Below are positions 27,358 to 37,030 of a DNA stretch of 39,564 bases, one piece after another. Numbering within the stretch: the first letter of the stretch is position 1; every line of letters begins with the position of its first letter. The notes below the pieces were generated by a model. That model ran no database searches. It was given only the letters and a program-made list of their open reading frames with translations, and had not been told where the DNA came from. Both the position numbers and the translations under genes were made by a program. The DNA is from an uncultured bacterium (GTDB taxonomy: Bacteria > Calditrichota > Calditrichia > RBG-13-44-9), in contig CBDUVK010000002.1 in assembly GCA_965370645.1 (NCBI GenBank), positions 1 to 39,564 of the forward strand, in the 5' to 3' direction.

Positions 27358-28920
27358 ATGAATAATCAGGCTATAAAAATTAAACGGGCTCTAATCAGTT
27401 GTTGGGATAAATCCGGACTGCTTGATATTGTTACAAAGTTGAAAGCATCCGGAGTGGAAATTATTTCAAGTGGGGGAACTGCAGCTTATCTCTCGGAAAA
27501 TAATATACCTGTCACTAAAGTGGAAGAGATTACCCGCTTCAAGGAAATATTAGATGGACGCGTTAAGACGTTGCACCCGATGATCCATGGTGCTATTCTG
27601 GCGAAGAGGACACCTGATCATCTTCAACAGTTGAAGGACTTGCAAATGGAACCGTTTGATCTGGTTCTGGTCAATCTTTATCCGTTCGTTGAGGCTGTTG
27701 GAGAATCACTTTCCCAGTCGGAAATGATTGAATTAATTGATATTGGTGGACCGGCAATGTTGCGTGCAGCTGCGAAAAATTATGAACAGGTGGTCGCTTT
27801 ACACCATCCTGATCAGTATCAGCCCTTTTTGGATTTATGGAAAAAAAATGAACATTTAATTCCAGTAAATGAAAGTATGAAATACGCAAAAGAAGCATTT
27901 TTCTATACCTCATTTTATGATTCACAAATCTTTCAATACCTGGAAAATATTGAGAATAGTAATAATATTCCTGATCGAGTAGCACAATTTTACAGGAAGT
28001 CTCATGATCTTCGTTATGGTGAAAATCCCCATCAATCGGCTGCATATTACAAATCTCTTTCGCCTGAGGAAGGACTAGATTCTGATCTGCAGCAATTGTG
28101 GGGTAAAGAGATGTCCTACAATAATTATGTTGATGTAGCATCAGCTATGTCTTTGGTAAAGGAATTTAATGCGCCTACTGTAGCCATTATCAAACATACA
28201 AATCCCTGCGGTCTTGCGATGGCTTCAAGTTTGCCCGAAGCCTTCGAAAAGGCTCAGGCGGGAGATCCCATTTCAGCATTTGGAGGTATCGTCGCTTGTA
28301 ATGAGGTTGTGAATCCGGAAACGGCCCTAATGATTAAGAAAACTTTTTTTGAATGTATTATTGCCCCCGATTATGACCAGGAAAGTCTTGATATCTTGAG
28401 TCAGAAAAAGAATTTGCGTGTTTTAAAGTATCCTCTCGGCGATTTTTTCGATCTTTCATTCGAATTAAAGCTTCTGGGAATAGGTCTGCTGGTTCAGAAA
28501 CCTGACCAGGGGACTTTTGACCCGGAAAAAATTAAATCTGTTGGCAACAGAAAACCTTCCGATGATGAGGAGAAGGATCTATATTTTGCCTGGGCTGTAG
28601 CGAAACATGTAAAATCGAATGCGATAGTTTTTGTAAAGAATTTGCAGGTTATAGGGGTAGGGGCAGGACAGATGTCGCGAATAGATTCAGTTAGAATCGC
28701 AAAACAAAAAGCCGAAACTATTGGACACGATATAAAAGGGGCTGTGATGGCCTCGGATGCTTTTTTTCCTTTTAGAGATGGGATAGATGAGGCTGCTGAG
28801 GCCGGCATTAGCGCCGTAATTCAACCCGGTGGATCAATAAGAGATGAAGAAGTAATTCAAGCGATCCAGGAACACCAAATGGCAATGTTATTAACACAAA
28901 TACGGCATTTTAAGCACTGA
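27358..28920 (+). CDS. purH: Bifunctional AICAR transformylase / IMP cyclohydrolase
   Basis: The N-terminal MGS-like domain (KRALISCWDKSGLLD, GRVKTLHP, VLVNLYPF) and the C-terminal transformylase domain ending in RHFKH fit PurH. Confidence 0.95.
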   Translation: MNNQAIKIKRALISCWDKSGLLDIVTKLKASGVEIISSGGTAAYLSENNIPVTKVEEITRFKEILDGRVKTLHPMIHGAILAKRTPDHLQQLKDLQMEPFDLVLVNLYPFVEAVGESLSQSEMIELIDIGGPAMLRAAAKNYEQVVALHHPDQYQPFLDLWKKNEHLIPVNESMKYAKEAFFYTSFYDSQIFQYLENIENSNNIPDRVAQFYRKSHDLRYGENPHQSAAYYKSLSPEEGLDSDLQQLWGKEMSYNNYVDVASAMSLVKEFNAPTVAIIKHTNPCGLAMASSLPEAFEKAQAGDPISAFGGIVACNEVVNPETALMIKKTFFECIIAPDYDQESLDILSQKKNLRVLKYPLGDFFDLSFELKLLGIGLLVQKPDQGTFDPEKIKSVGNRKPSDDEEKDLYFAWAVAKHVKSNAIVFVKNLQVIGVGAGQMSRIDSVRIAKQKAETIGHDIKGAVMASDAFFPFRDGIDEAAEAGISAVIQPGGSIRDEEVIQAIQEHQMAMLLTQIRHFKH

Positions 28921-28943
28921 ATAGGTAAAATAAGGGAGAATTT

Positions 28944-29975
28944 ATGGCATTCAGTTTTTTGAATTTTCTTTCAAATGATATTGGGATGGACCTTGGGACT
29001 GCCAATACACTTATCTATGTTAAAAATCGTGGAATCGTTGTCAATGAACCCTCGATTGTCGCGATAGAAGAAAATAGCGGTAAGGTGTTAGCGATTGGAA
29101 AAGAAGCCCGGGAGATGGAGGGTCGTACTCATCAGGACATTATTACCATCCGTCCTCTGAAAGACGGTGTTATCGCAGACTTTGAGGCTACTGAAATTAT
29201 GATGCGCGAATTTATAAAAAAAGCCAAAGTGAATCGAATTTCAATTGGTAAGATTGTTGTATGTGTACCTTCAGGAATTACCGAAGTTGAAAAGCGTGCG
29301 GTGCGTGATAGTGCAGAACGGGCAGGTGCCAGGGAGGTTTATCTGATTGCTGAAGCTATGGCTTCCGCGGTTGGCATCGGTTTGGATATTGAGAAACCAA
29401 TTGGAAATATGATTGTTGATATTGGAGGAGGGACTTGTGAAATAGCAATTATTTCCCTGGGAGGAATCGTACTTCATACCTCCATTCGGATCGCTGGAGA
29501 CGAAATGAATGAAGCTATCGTTCAATATTTTAAGAAAAATTATAATCTCCTGATTGGTGAAAAAACTGCTGAACTGTTGAAGTGTGAGATTGGATCTGTC
29601 ATGCCTCTGGAAGAAGAAATTACCACCCAGGTCAAAGGAAGAGATCTTATAGATGGAATTCCAAAAACGGTTGAAGTAAATTCAGCTGAAATTCGTGAAG
29701 CTTTGGTGGACCCCGTTAATACAATTGTCGAATCTGTCCGTCTCACCCTGGAAAGAACACCACCTGAACTGGCCTCCGATATATTAGACCATGGTATTCT
29801 GCTGACAGGTGGGGGTTCGTTATTGAGAAAATTGGATGAATTAATTCAGAAGGAGACCCAACTTCCGTCAAATGTTGCAGAAGATCCGCTTACAGCAGTT
29901 GCCCGGGGTACTGGAAAAATTCTTACTGATTTTAATCGTTACCTCAAGTTACTGTTTAAGTCAAAAAGACATTAG
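28944..29975 (+). CDS. mreB: Rod-shape-determining actin homolog MreB
   Basis: DIGMDLGTANTLIY, IRPLKDGVIADF, MIVDIGGGTCEIAIISLGGIV and GILLTGGGSLLRKLD fit MreB. Confidence 0.95.
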   Translation: MAFSFLNFLSNDIGMDLGTANTLIYVKNRGIVVNEPSIVAIEENSGKVLAIGKEAREMEGRTHQDIITIRPLKDGVIADFEATEIMMREFIKKAKVNRISIGKIVVCVPSGITEVEKRAVRDSAERAGAREVYLIAEAMASAVGIGLDIEKPIGNMIVDIGGGTCEIAIISLGGIVLHTSIRIAGDEMNEAIVQYFKKNYNLLIGEKTAELLKCEIGSVMPLEEEITTQVKGRDLIDGIPKTVEVNSAEIREALVDPVNTIVESVRLTLERTPPELASDILDHGILLTGGGSLLRKLDELIQKETQLPSNVAEDPLTAVARGTGKILTDFNRYLKLLFKSKRH

Positions 29976-30088
29976 GTCTTTAACTATCAAAGTTTGGGAA
30001 GACGTACCAGAATAGGATCATCCAACATCAAAATAACGGAATGTGATGATCTTGCCCAAGTCACCTTTAGTATATTACTGTCCTGTTT

Positions 30089-30895
30089 ATGAGACATTTT
30101 CTCGGAATTTTTAGCCAACGCAGAACTGTTTTTCTTTTCATTTTCTATCTTTTTCTTTCTTTTATCATTATGTCTTTTAATGATCCCTTCAAATTAAGGG
30201 GTTTACGAATCGCGGTTCTACAGGGTATTGCCTGGACCTACTCCATTTCAGAGTCTTTCCAATTTTTCAGCGACCTTGAGAAAGAGAATCAGAACCTAAG
30301 GGAAAAACTCCTGAAAGCTTCTCTTCAAAACCAGAAATTACAGGAGCATATGCTGGAAAATATCCGATTGAAGCGTCTTCTCATGTTCAAACAGAAAAGT
30401 CAGTATTCATTCATTCCAGCCAGCATCATTGGCTTTGGCCAGGAGCAAACAATTCGCTCATTAATTTTGAATGTTGGAAGTGCGGATAGTATTCGGAAAA
30501 ATCAAGCCGTCCTTACCGAAGCAGGTTTGGTCGGGAAAATTTTTGATACCGAACCGAATCAAGCCCTTACCCAGATACTCATGGATAGAAACACTCTGGT
30601 AAGTGCCCGCCTGCAGAGGAGTCGCGAAATTGGGGTAGTAGGTTGGTCTGGTAATTTATGGCTCGATCTGTATTACATTCCCAAAGATGTCGAGGTTGAA
30701 CCTGGTGAGGTGGTTATTACCTCCGGTTTAAGTCGCATCTACCCTGAAGGAATCAAAATTGGTGTTGTTGCTGAGGTCAAAGAGAAAGAGTATGAACTCT
30801 TTAAAGAAATTAAGGTTAAACCCGCAGTCAATTTTAATCAACTGGAAGATGTCTTTGTTGTCCGAGTAAGTGATACTTTATTGGGGAGTGAATAG
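30089..30895 (+). CDS. mreC: Rod-shape-determining protein MreC
   Basis: N-terminal transmembrane helix. Coiled-coil segment (ENQNLREKLLKASLQNQKLQE). Beta-barrel domains (GLVGKIFDTEPN..., ITSGLSRIYPEGIKIGVV). It sits between mreB and mreD. Confidence 0.85.
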   Translation: MRHFLGIFSQRRTVFLFIFYLFLSFIIMSFNDPFKLRGLRIAVLQGIAWTYSISESFQFFSDLEKENQNLREKLLKASLQNQKLQEHMLENIRLKRLLMFKQKSQYSFIPASIIGFGQEQTIRSLILNVGSADSIRKNQAVLTEAGLVGKIFDTEPNQALTQILMDRNTLVSARLQRSREIGVVGWSGNLWLDLYYIPKDVEVEPGEVVITSGLSRIYPEGIKIGVVAEVKEKEYELFKEIKVKPAVNFNQLEDVFVVRVSDTLLGSE

Positions 30896-31373
30896 TCTCT
30901 TGAGTTCCACCGAAATTCGTTACAGCTTTGTATTTTTATTTGCCTTCATTCTTCAATTTACTCTGGTTCATTTTATTGAGATTCTGCATTGGCGACCAGA
31001 TTTATTATTGATCGTATTGGTTTCTTTTTCTTTGAGAAAAGGACCCAATTGGGGTATGACAATCGGTTTTACGGTGGGACTTGTCCAGGATTTATTGAGT
31101 GCACATTTAATTGGACTTACAGCACTTTCCAAAACAGTTGCCGGTTTTGTTGCGGGAAGTCTGCGAGGTAAATTTGCTGAAAGGACTGAGTTTTTTCTTA
31201 CCCTGTTTATTTGTGGTTTACTCCATGATCTAATTTATTTCTTCATTTATATTTTGGGAGAAAATTTCTCATTCCAATCGCTAATTATATTATATACCAT
31301 TCCCAATCTTATGTATACTATTCTCATCGGTGGATTTCTATATTATTTTGTGGAACCATTACTTCAGGAATAA
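30870..31373 (+). CDS. mreD: Rod-shape-determining protein MreD
   Basis: Small polytopic membrane protein in the canonical position. The start is uncertain: GTG at 30870, GTG at 30888 and TTG at 30900 are all possible. Confidence 0.7.
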   Translation: MILYWGVNSLLSSTEIRYSFVFLFAFILQFTLVHFIEILHWRPDLLLIVLVSFSLRKGPNWGMTIGFTVGLVQDLLSAHLIGLTALSKTVAGFVAGSLRGKFAERTEFFLTLFICGLLHDLIYFFIYILGENFSFQSLIILYTIPNLMYTILIGGFLYYFVEPLLQE

Positions 31374-31385
31374 AGGATAACCAAA

Positions 31386-33254
31386 ATGTCTGTTCCGGAT
31401 GTTGAAATTAAAAAATATATTTTTTCTGGGATTTTGGTGTTCCTGTTTCTTGTTCTGGTTTTTCAATTTTATAATTTGCAGATCAGCCAATCCAGTTTAT
31501 ACACTGAGAAAAGTGTTGAAAACAGTGTAAAAATTGTGACACAATTTCCGGTGAGAGGGAATATTTATGATCGTGAAGGTAGAATGATCGTGGATAATCG
31601 CCCTGCATTTTCCCTGTATCTCATCCCATCTGAAACCACTGAAAATACCATCAAAATTATTTCTGAGTTAATCAATGTTCATCCTGATGATATTCGAAAA
31701 GAGTTGAGGAAAGCTGGCCGGTTTCAATCGGTAAAAGTTATGAGGCAAGTGGATATAGAGAAACTTACCTGGATACAGGAAAATATTGTCGATTTACCGG
31801 GAGTAGAATGGAAATCGGAACCAAAACGCCATTATATAAGGAATTCAGGTCTGGCGCATCTTTTAGGATCATTGGGTGAAATTGATGAAAATGAACTCGT
31901 TTCCTATCCTCATCTGGAACCTGGCGATATTGTTGGAAAAAAAGCTGTCGAAAAAACTTATGATGATCAAATGAGAGGATCGAAAGGATATCGATTCGTC
32001 AAAGTTGACGCGGCCGGAAGGGTTGTTGAACAGATCGTTACTCAAAAAAGTACCCTGCCAATGCCCGGAAATCACCTCTTTCTCACAATCGACTACAGAT
32101 TGCAATCCTATGCGGATACTCTGATGGGAGAGAAAAGAGGTGCACTGATAGCTATAAACACCAAAAATGGTGAAATTCTAACTCTTCTCTCGAAACCGGA
32201 TTATGATGTAAGTAAACTAAGTGGTGTGATATCGGCAGATATTTGGAATAAATTATTGACCGATCCATATCATCCATTATATGATCGTGCGTGTCAGAGT
32301 GGCTACCCGCCCGGGTCTACCTATAAGTTGATTGCTGCTATTGCTGCCCTGAATGAAAATATAATCAGACCTTCAAGGAAGTCCGATTGCCCTGGATACT
32401 TTGTCATTGGGAATAAAACAATTAGGTGCTGGAAACCCAAAGGCCATGGCACTCTCGATCTCGAAGGTGCAATTAAAAATTCCTGTAATGTATATTTTTA
32501 TCAGTTGGGACTTTTAATTGGTCTGGACACCTGGAGTAAATATAGCAATCTCTTCCATTTTGGCAGAAAAACAGGGATTGAATTAACCAATGAAAATCCT
32601 GGTTTGGTTCCAAATATGAGTTATTATGATAAGGTATATGGTAAAGGGAAGTGGACAAGGGGGATGCTGGCCAATCTGGCTATCGGACAGGGAGAAATCC
32701 TGGTGACACCACTTCAGATGGCACAGTTTACTGCTACGCTTGCGAATAGGGGAATGTTACATACTCCCCATCTCGGACATAAATTAGTTAATCCTCTAAC
32801 TAAAAAAGAAAACATTTTTGAATATAAGAGTGTACAAATTCCGGAAATTCGTTCTAATGTCTATGATGTTATTCTGGAAGGTATGCGAGAAGTTGTCGAC
32901 GGTGGAACGGGGGGATGGGCTTTATTATACGGAATTCCCTCCGCAGGTAAAACCGGAACTGCTCAGAATCCACATGGTGAGGATCATGCCTGGTATATCG
33001 GTTTTGCACCGTATGAAAATCCGGAAGTGGCCATTTGCGTCATGGTTGAGAATGGTGGATCAGGAGGCGGTGTGGCGGCTCCCATTGCCGGAAGATTCCT
33101 GAAACGATATTTTTATTACCAGGGGAAATATGATTATGAGGTTGAAAAACGTTTATGGGCATTAGCCGTTGCCAAGAGAGACTCAATCGCAGCAGCCCAG
33201 GTTCAGGATTCTCTTCAAACTGTTACTGCAGATTCCAACGTAGTTCAAAATTGA
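31386..33254 (+). CDS. mrdA: Penicillin-binding protein 2 (elongasome transpeptidase)
   Basis: N-terminal transmembrane helix, PBP dimerisation domain, SxxK (GSTYK), SxN (SCN) and KTG (KTGTAQ) motifs. Confidence 0.9.
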   Translation: MSVPDVEIKKYIFSGILVFLFLVLVFQFYNLQISQSSLYTEKSVENSVKIVTQFPVRGNIYDREGRMIVDNRPAFSLYLIPSETTENTIKIISELINVHPDDIRKELRKAGRFQSVKVMRQVDIEKLTWIQENIVDLPGVEWKSEPKRHYIRNSGLAHLLGSLGEIDENELVSYPHLEPGDIVGKKAVEKTYDDQMRGSKGYRFVKVDAAGRVVEQIVTQKSTLPMPGNHLFLTIDYRLQSYADTLMGEKRGALIAINTKNGEILTLLSKPDYDVSKLSGVISADIWNKLLTDPYHPLYDRACQSGYPPGSTYKLIAAIAALNENIIRPSRKSDCPGYFVIGNKTIRCWKPKGHGTLDLEGAIKNSCNVYFYQLGLLIGLDTWSKYSNLFHFGRKTGIELTNENPGLVPNMSYYDKVYGKGKWTRGMLANLAIGQGEILVTPLQMAQFTATLANRGMLHTPHLGHKLVNPLTKKENIFEYKSVQIPEIRSNVYDVILEGMREVVDGGTGGWALLYGIPSAGKTGTAQNPHGEDHAWYIGFAPYENPEVAICVMVENGGSGGGVAAPIAGRFLKRYFYYQGKYDYEVEKRLWALAVAKRDSIAAAQVQDSLQTVTADSNVVQN

Positions 33255-33266
33255 TCGGTATTGTTT

Positions 33267-34490
33267 ATGTTCCAGTATCTTAAAAATGTAGATTTTGCCC
33301 TTATTTTGAGCCTCGTGGGTTTAATTGTATTGGGATTGTTTACCCTCTATTCCTCTTCCCATACAACCGTCGAGGGAGGTTTGGGAAGTAATTTTTTTCT
33401 GAAACAATTGATCTGGGTAATCATTGGATTTGGGGCTATCATCATTATTTTTTTTATGCCAAACCGTTGGATTTTTGCTTCTGCCTATTACCTTTATGGA
33501 ATTAGTCTGTTTTTTCTCATCCTGGTTATTTTTTTTGGGAAGACTGGTCAGGGGGCAGAACGTTGGTTGCAAGTGGGTCCAATATCCTTCCAACCCTCAG
33601 AATTTGCTAAACTCGCCAGTATTCTGGCAGTGGCACGATTTGTTTCCCGCGATGAAGTTAATCTGAATACCGCTAAAGATTTTCTGTTTGCTTCTCTATT
33701 TATTGTCGTTCCATTTATAGTGATCGTCAGACAACCCGATTTAGGCACATCCATGGTATTCGTAGCTATTGCTCTGCCGATGCTTTATTGGGCAGGGCTC
33801 AAACTATCCAATCTTTTCCTTATCGCCATGCCTATACTGATCATGTTAGCTTCGTTTAATTTTTTTACTTTTTTACTTCTAATGGTCATCTTGGTTGCCT
33901 ATTTAGTTTTCTCTCACAGAACAAAATTGATCCTGATTTCCAGCTTTTTATTGAATATTGCCATGGGTCTGCTCACACCGGTTCTTTGGAATCATTTGAA
34001 ACCTTATCAGAGAGATCGAATTAAAATATTTTTAAATCCCGAAGCTGACCCCCGCGGTGCAGGTTATCAGATAATTCAGTCTAAGGTTGCAATAGGCTCG
34101 GGGGGAGGAATGGGAAAGGGTTTTATGCAGGGTTCTCAGACTCAACTTAGATTTTTACCTGAGCAGCATACTGATTTTATCTATGCTGTGATTGGAGAAG
34201 AATTTGGATTTGTGGGAGCCCTTTCCGGTCTCATTCTCTATTTTATTCTATTGATAAGAGGTGTCCAGATTGCCTCTTTGGTTAGGAGTAAATTCAATAG
34301 TATAGTGGCGATTGGTATTGTGACTTTAATCGCCTTCCATATGATCATTAATATTGGAATGACTGTGGGTCTTCTTCCGGTGACCGGACTTCCGTTACCT
34401 TTTGTAAGTTACGGTGGCTCGGCGCTGGTAACAAATATGGTTATGATTGGTATCCTGTTAAATTTTTATAGAAACCGTTATGAATATTAG
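33267..34490 (+). CDS. rodA: SEDS-family peptidoglycan polymerase RodA
   Basis: PSEFAKL, RQPDLGT, DPRGAGYQIIQSKVAIGSGGGMGKG and LPEQHTDFIYAVIGEE fit the family. It lies adjacent to mrdA. I prefer the ATG at 33267 over the TTG at 33261. Confidence 0.9.
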   Translation: MFQYLKNVDFALILSLVGLIVLGLFTLYSSSHTTVEGGLGSNFFLKQLIWVIIGFGAIIIIFFMPNRWIFASAYYLYGISLFFLILVIFFGKTGQGAERWLQVGPISFQPSEFAKLASILAVARFVSRDEVNLNTAKDFLFASLFIVVPFIVIVRQPDLGTSMVFVAIALPMLYWAGLKLSNLFLIAMPILIMLASFNFFTFLLLMVILVAYLVFSHRTKLILISSFLLNIAMGLLTPVLWNHLKPYQRDRIKIFLNPEADPRGAGYQIIQSKVAIGSGGGMGKGFMQGSQTQLRFLPEQHTDFIYAVIGEEFGFVGALSGLILYFILLIRGVQIASLVRSKFNSIVAIGIVTLIAFHMIINIGMTVGLLPVTGLPLPFVSYGGSALVTNMVMIGILLNFYRNRYEY

Positions 34491-34502
34491 TATGGAGTAA
34501 AT

Positions 34503-35306
34503 ATGCATCCAGAATTATTTCGTATAGGTCCCTTCGCTGTTCATAGTTACGGGGTTATGTTAGCTTTATCTTTTATATTGGGAATATTTATCGCTGGAAA
34601 AAATGGAGAGAAAAAGGGGGTCAAGGGAGATGAAATTGTTAATGTCGGTTTCATAACCATTGTTGCTTCTATTGTGGGAGCACGCCTGTTTTATGTACTT
34701 TTCCATGTCGAAGAATTTCAAAACCGCTGGCTTTATGCCTTCTGGCCTGTGCAAGAGGATGGAACTGTTGGTTTGGGAGGATTGATTCTTTTAGGCGGTT
34801 TTCTAATGGCTCTGTTCTCAGCTGCAGTTTACATGTACATTAAAAAATTAAATTTTTGGAAATTTTCAGATAGTATGGCCCCATCGATTGCCCTGGGCGT
34901 TTTTCTGACCCGAATTGGCTGTTATTTAAATGGGTGTTGCTTTGGGGAAGCATGTGATTTACCCTGGGGTGCAGTTTTTCCAAATTACAGCCCGGCTGGA
35001 GCGGTGATGGGTGAAATAGCCATACATCCGACCCAATTATATTCAGCCTTTTACGGATTATTGATTTTTGGTTTATTGCAATGGCTGGGTCAGAAGCCCT
35101 ATTTTGATGGCATGTTAATTGGGTTGTTTCTTATTCTTTATGGTCTTTCAAGGTTTTTGGTAGATTTCTATCGTTATTATGAAAGTCAGATGTTTTTAAT
35201 TGATGGATTACAGTTTAATCAGATTGTAAGTCTGGGATTATTGATTTCGGGAATAATCATTCTCATTTATCGATGGAAAAATTCAGAAAAAGATGTCCCG
35301 GAGTAG
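34503..35306 (+). CDS. lgt: Prolipoprotein diacylglyceryl transferase
   Basis: Polytopic membrane protein with HSYGVMLALSF, GARLFYVLFH, RIGCYLNGCCFGE and HPTQLYS motifs. Confidence 0.85.
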   Translation: MHPELFRIGPFAVHSYGVMLALSFILGIFIAGKNGEKKGVKGDEIVNVGFITIVASIVGARLFYVLFHVEEFQNRWLYAFWPVQEDGTVGLGGLILLGGFLMALFSAAVYMYIKKLNFWKFSDSMAPSIALGVFLTRIGCYLNGCCFGEACDLPWGAVFPNYSPAGAVMGEIAIHPTQLYSAFYGLLIFGLLQWLGQKPYFDGMLIGLFLILYGLSRFLVDFYRYYESQMFLIDGLQFNQIVSLGLLISGIIILIYRWKNSEKDVPE

Positions 35307-35376
35307 GGCAATAAATTCTTGACTATATTAGATTTAATTTATATATTATTTACGTTATTTAAAGAGGAGATTCTTA

Positions 35377-36246
35377 ATGCGGAGAATAGCCTTTCTATTC
35401 TTTTTGATATGTCTAAGTTTAAATTTTTTAGTATGGAGTGGTTGCGGATCCAGTCGTAAAACCACGAATGAAAGTAATGCTGCGCAGAGCGACTCGGAAA
35501 ATGAATTTGATGAAATTGAAAAATTGCTTGGCATATCAAGGGATGATAATAGCAGGTCTCAATCTTCAAGCAAGCAGGCTCAACAAAGTACTCAACCCCA
35601 GGAAAAAAAGCAGGATGACCTTATTACCCTGTTAGAAGTTGATGAAGGGAAAAAAACAGATAAACCTGGGGGTCAGACAACCGGTGTTGAGGATAAACGG
35701 GTATTGAGACTTCAGACTGAAGTGGATGATCTTCAGAAACAAGTCAGGCAAAAGGATATGGAAATTACGAATCTTGAAAGCCAATTGGCCTCGAGAGAAC
35801 AAACCATGCAGACCCAGTCTCCATCTTTACCTGTTGATTATTCATATACCCCACCACCGAGTCAGCGCAGCAGTTCATCTGATGCTTATGTAAATAGTTA
35901 CAATGATGCATTATCCCTGTTTCACGAGCGACAATATCAAAATGCAATCCGTGAATTTGAACAACTCCTCTCATCGGATATGAATCATTCCTACGCCGAT
36001 AATGCCCAATATTGGATCGGAGAAAGTTACTATGCTTTGGGCCGATACCAGGAAGCAATCATGGCATTTGAAAAGGTATTTACCTTTCCCCAATCAAATA
36101 AAAATGATTGGGCCCAGTTTAAAATTGGGCAATGTTATTTTAAGATGGGAGATAGGGAACAAGCGCAGCAGGAATTTCAGCAGTTGATTGACAATTATTC
36201 CGATTCGGAATTAGTTCCAAGGGCGCGAAATTATTTAGCCCAATAA
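35377..36246 (+). CDS. YbgF/CpoB-like TPR protein with a signal peptide (possible lipoprotein), a Q/S-rich linker and a coiled coil
   Basis: Signal peptide ending in WSGC. Low-complexity SQSSSKQAQQSTQPQEKKQ. Coiled coil (LRLQTEVDDLQKQVRQKDMEITNLESQL). C-terminal TPR block typical of YbgF (AQYWIGESYYALGRYQEAIMAFEKV...AQFKIGQCYFKMGDREQAQQEFQQLIDNYSDSELV). GAGGAG is the RBS. Confidence 0.7.
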   Translation: MRRIAFLFFLICLSLNFLVWSGCGSSRKTTNESNAAQSDSENEFDEIEKLLGISRDDNSRSQSSSKQAQQSTQPQEKKQDDLITLLEVDEGKKTDKPGGQTTGVEDKRVLRLQTEVDDLQKQVRQKDMEITNLESQLASREQTMQTQSPSLPVDYSYTPPPSQRSSSSDAYVNSYNDALSLFHERQYQNAIREFEQLLSSDMNHSYADNAQYWIGESYYALGRYQEAIMAFEKVFTFPQSNKNDWAQFKIGQCYFKMGDREQAQQEFQQLIDNYSDSELVPRARNYLAQ

Positions 36247-36264
36247 TTTAAGAGGTGCCATTTC

Positions 36265-36293
36265 AGGGGGAGTTTTATTCCCCCTTTTTTTTT
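36265..36293 (+). terminator. Rho-independent terminator after the YbgF-like gene
   Basis: Hairpin aggggga-gttttat-tcccccct followed by a T-run of about 9. Confidence 0.8.
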
Positions 36294-36299
36294 AATAAA

Positions 36300-36848
36300 T
36301 CAGTGGTTCTTTTTTTCTTCCTCTGCTAGCCAGTATTTTACAAATACATAGATTGAATCGAGCTCGCTAAGTGTTAGGGAATGTTCCTTTGCAACAGCCG
36401 AGCGAATTTTCCGGTCACCGAAATTTAATCCATCCCGGATAATTCGATCTATCAGATAATAATAAATTTCGAAATCCCTTTCGGTTGGAATACCTTCGGG
36501 CATTTGAGTCGGTTTCCAAGAGGATAGATTCCAGACGAATCCTTTTTTTGGAGTATAGACAGCTCCGGTTTGCGATTCATCCCCCACCTGGTCGGTTTCT
36601 TTAAAAACGTAAATATAAGTCTTTTTATCGGGTGGCGGTTCACCCGGCCACAAAACCGCTCGTTTAATTTGCAGCATGAGATCACTTGTTTTAATCCAGG
36701 GGGGGACTTTGATTTTTATGACATCGTGATCCTCATGAAAATACATACCCACAATAGAATATTGGATTTGAAGCGAATCCTGGGGAATTCCACTATTGAT
36801 GCTCAAATGGAATAAAAACAGTATAAGACCAATTGGGTGCTTTCTCAT
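36300..36848 (-). CDS. Hypothetical secreted protein
   Basis: The 182-aa ORF has an N-terminal signal-like segment (HPIGLILFLFHLSINS). I recognised no motif. It converges on the YbgF-like gene. Confidence 0.5.
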   Translation of the reverse strand: MRKHPIGLILFLFHLSINSGIPQDSLQIQYSIVGMYFHEDHDVIKIKVPPWIKTSDLMLQIKRAVLWPGEPPPDKKTYIYVFKETDQVGDESQTGAVYTPKKGFVWNLSSWKPTQMPEGIPTERDFEIYYYLIDRIIRDGLNFGDRKIRSAVAKEHSLTLSELDSIYVFVKYWLAEEEKKNH

Positions 36849-37030
36849 TGTTCAATCTTAAATATACTATCTTTTAGACATTTGTAGAATTTGGCTTGAT
36901 AATGGGAAATTTTATCTTACATTTTTTATAATTCTTCATCTGCTGTCAGCATATTAAATATGCATAATTTTTTTATAAATATTTGAAATTTTTTTTATCA
37001 GACAAAAATTTCTTTATCGTAGGAGTATGA

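Noticed and set aside
30014-30053. 9-bp hairpin (aggatcatc ... gatgatctt) in the mreB-mreC spacer as a terminator
   Set aside because: It has a 22-nt loop and one G-U pair, and no downstream T-run. At most it is an mRNA processing or stability element, and the support is weak.
36265-36293. The terminator after the YbgF-like gene acting bidirectionally for the convergent 36300-36848 gene
   Set aside because: The - strand reading has no T-run after the hairpin. It is therefore called only for the + strand.
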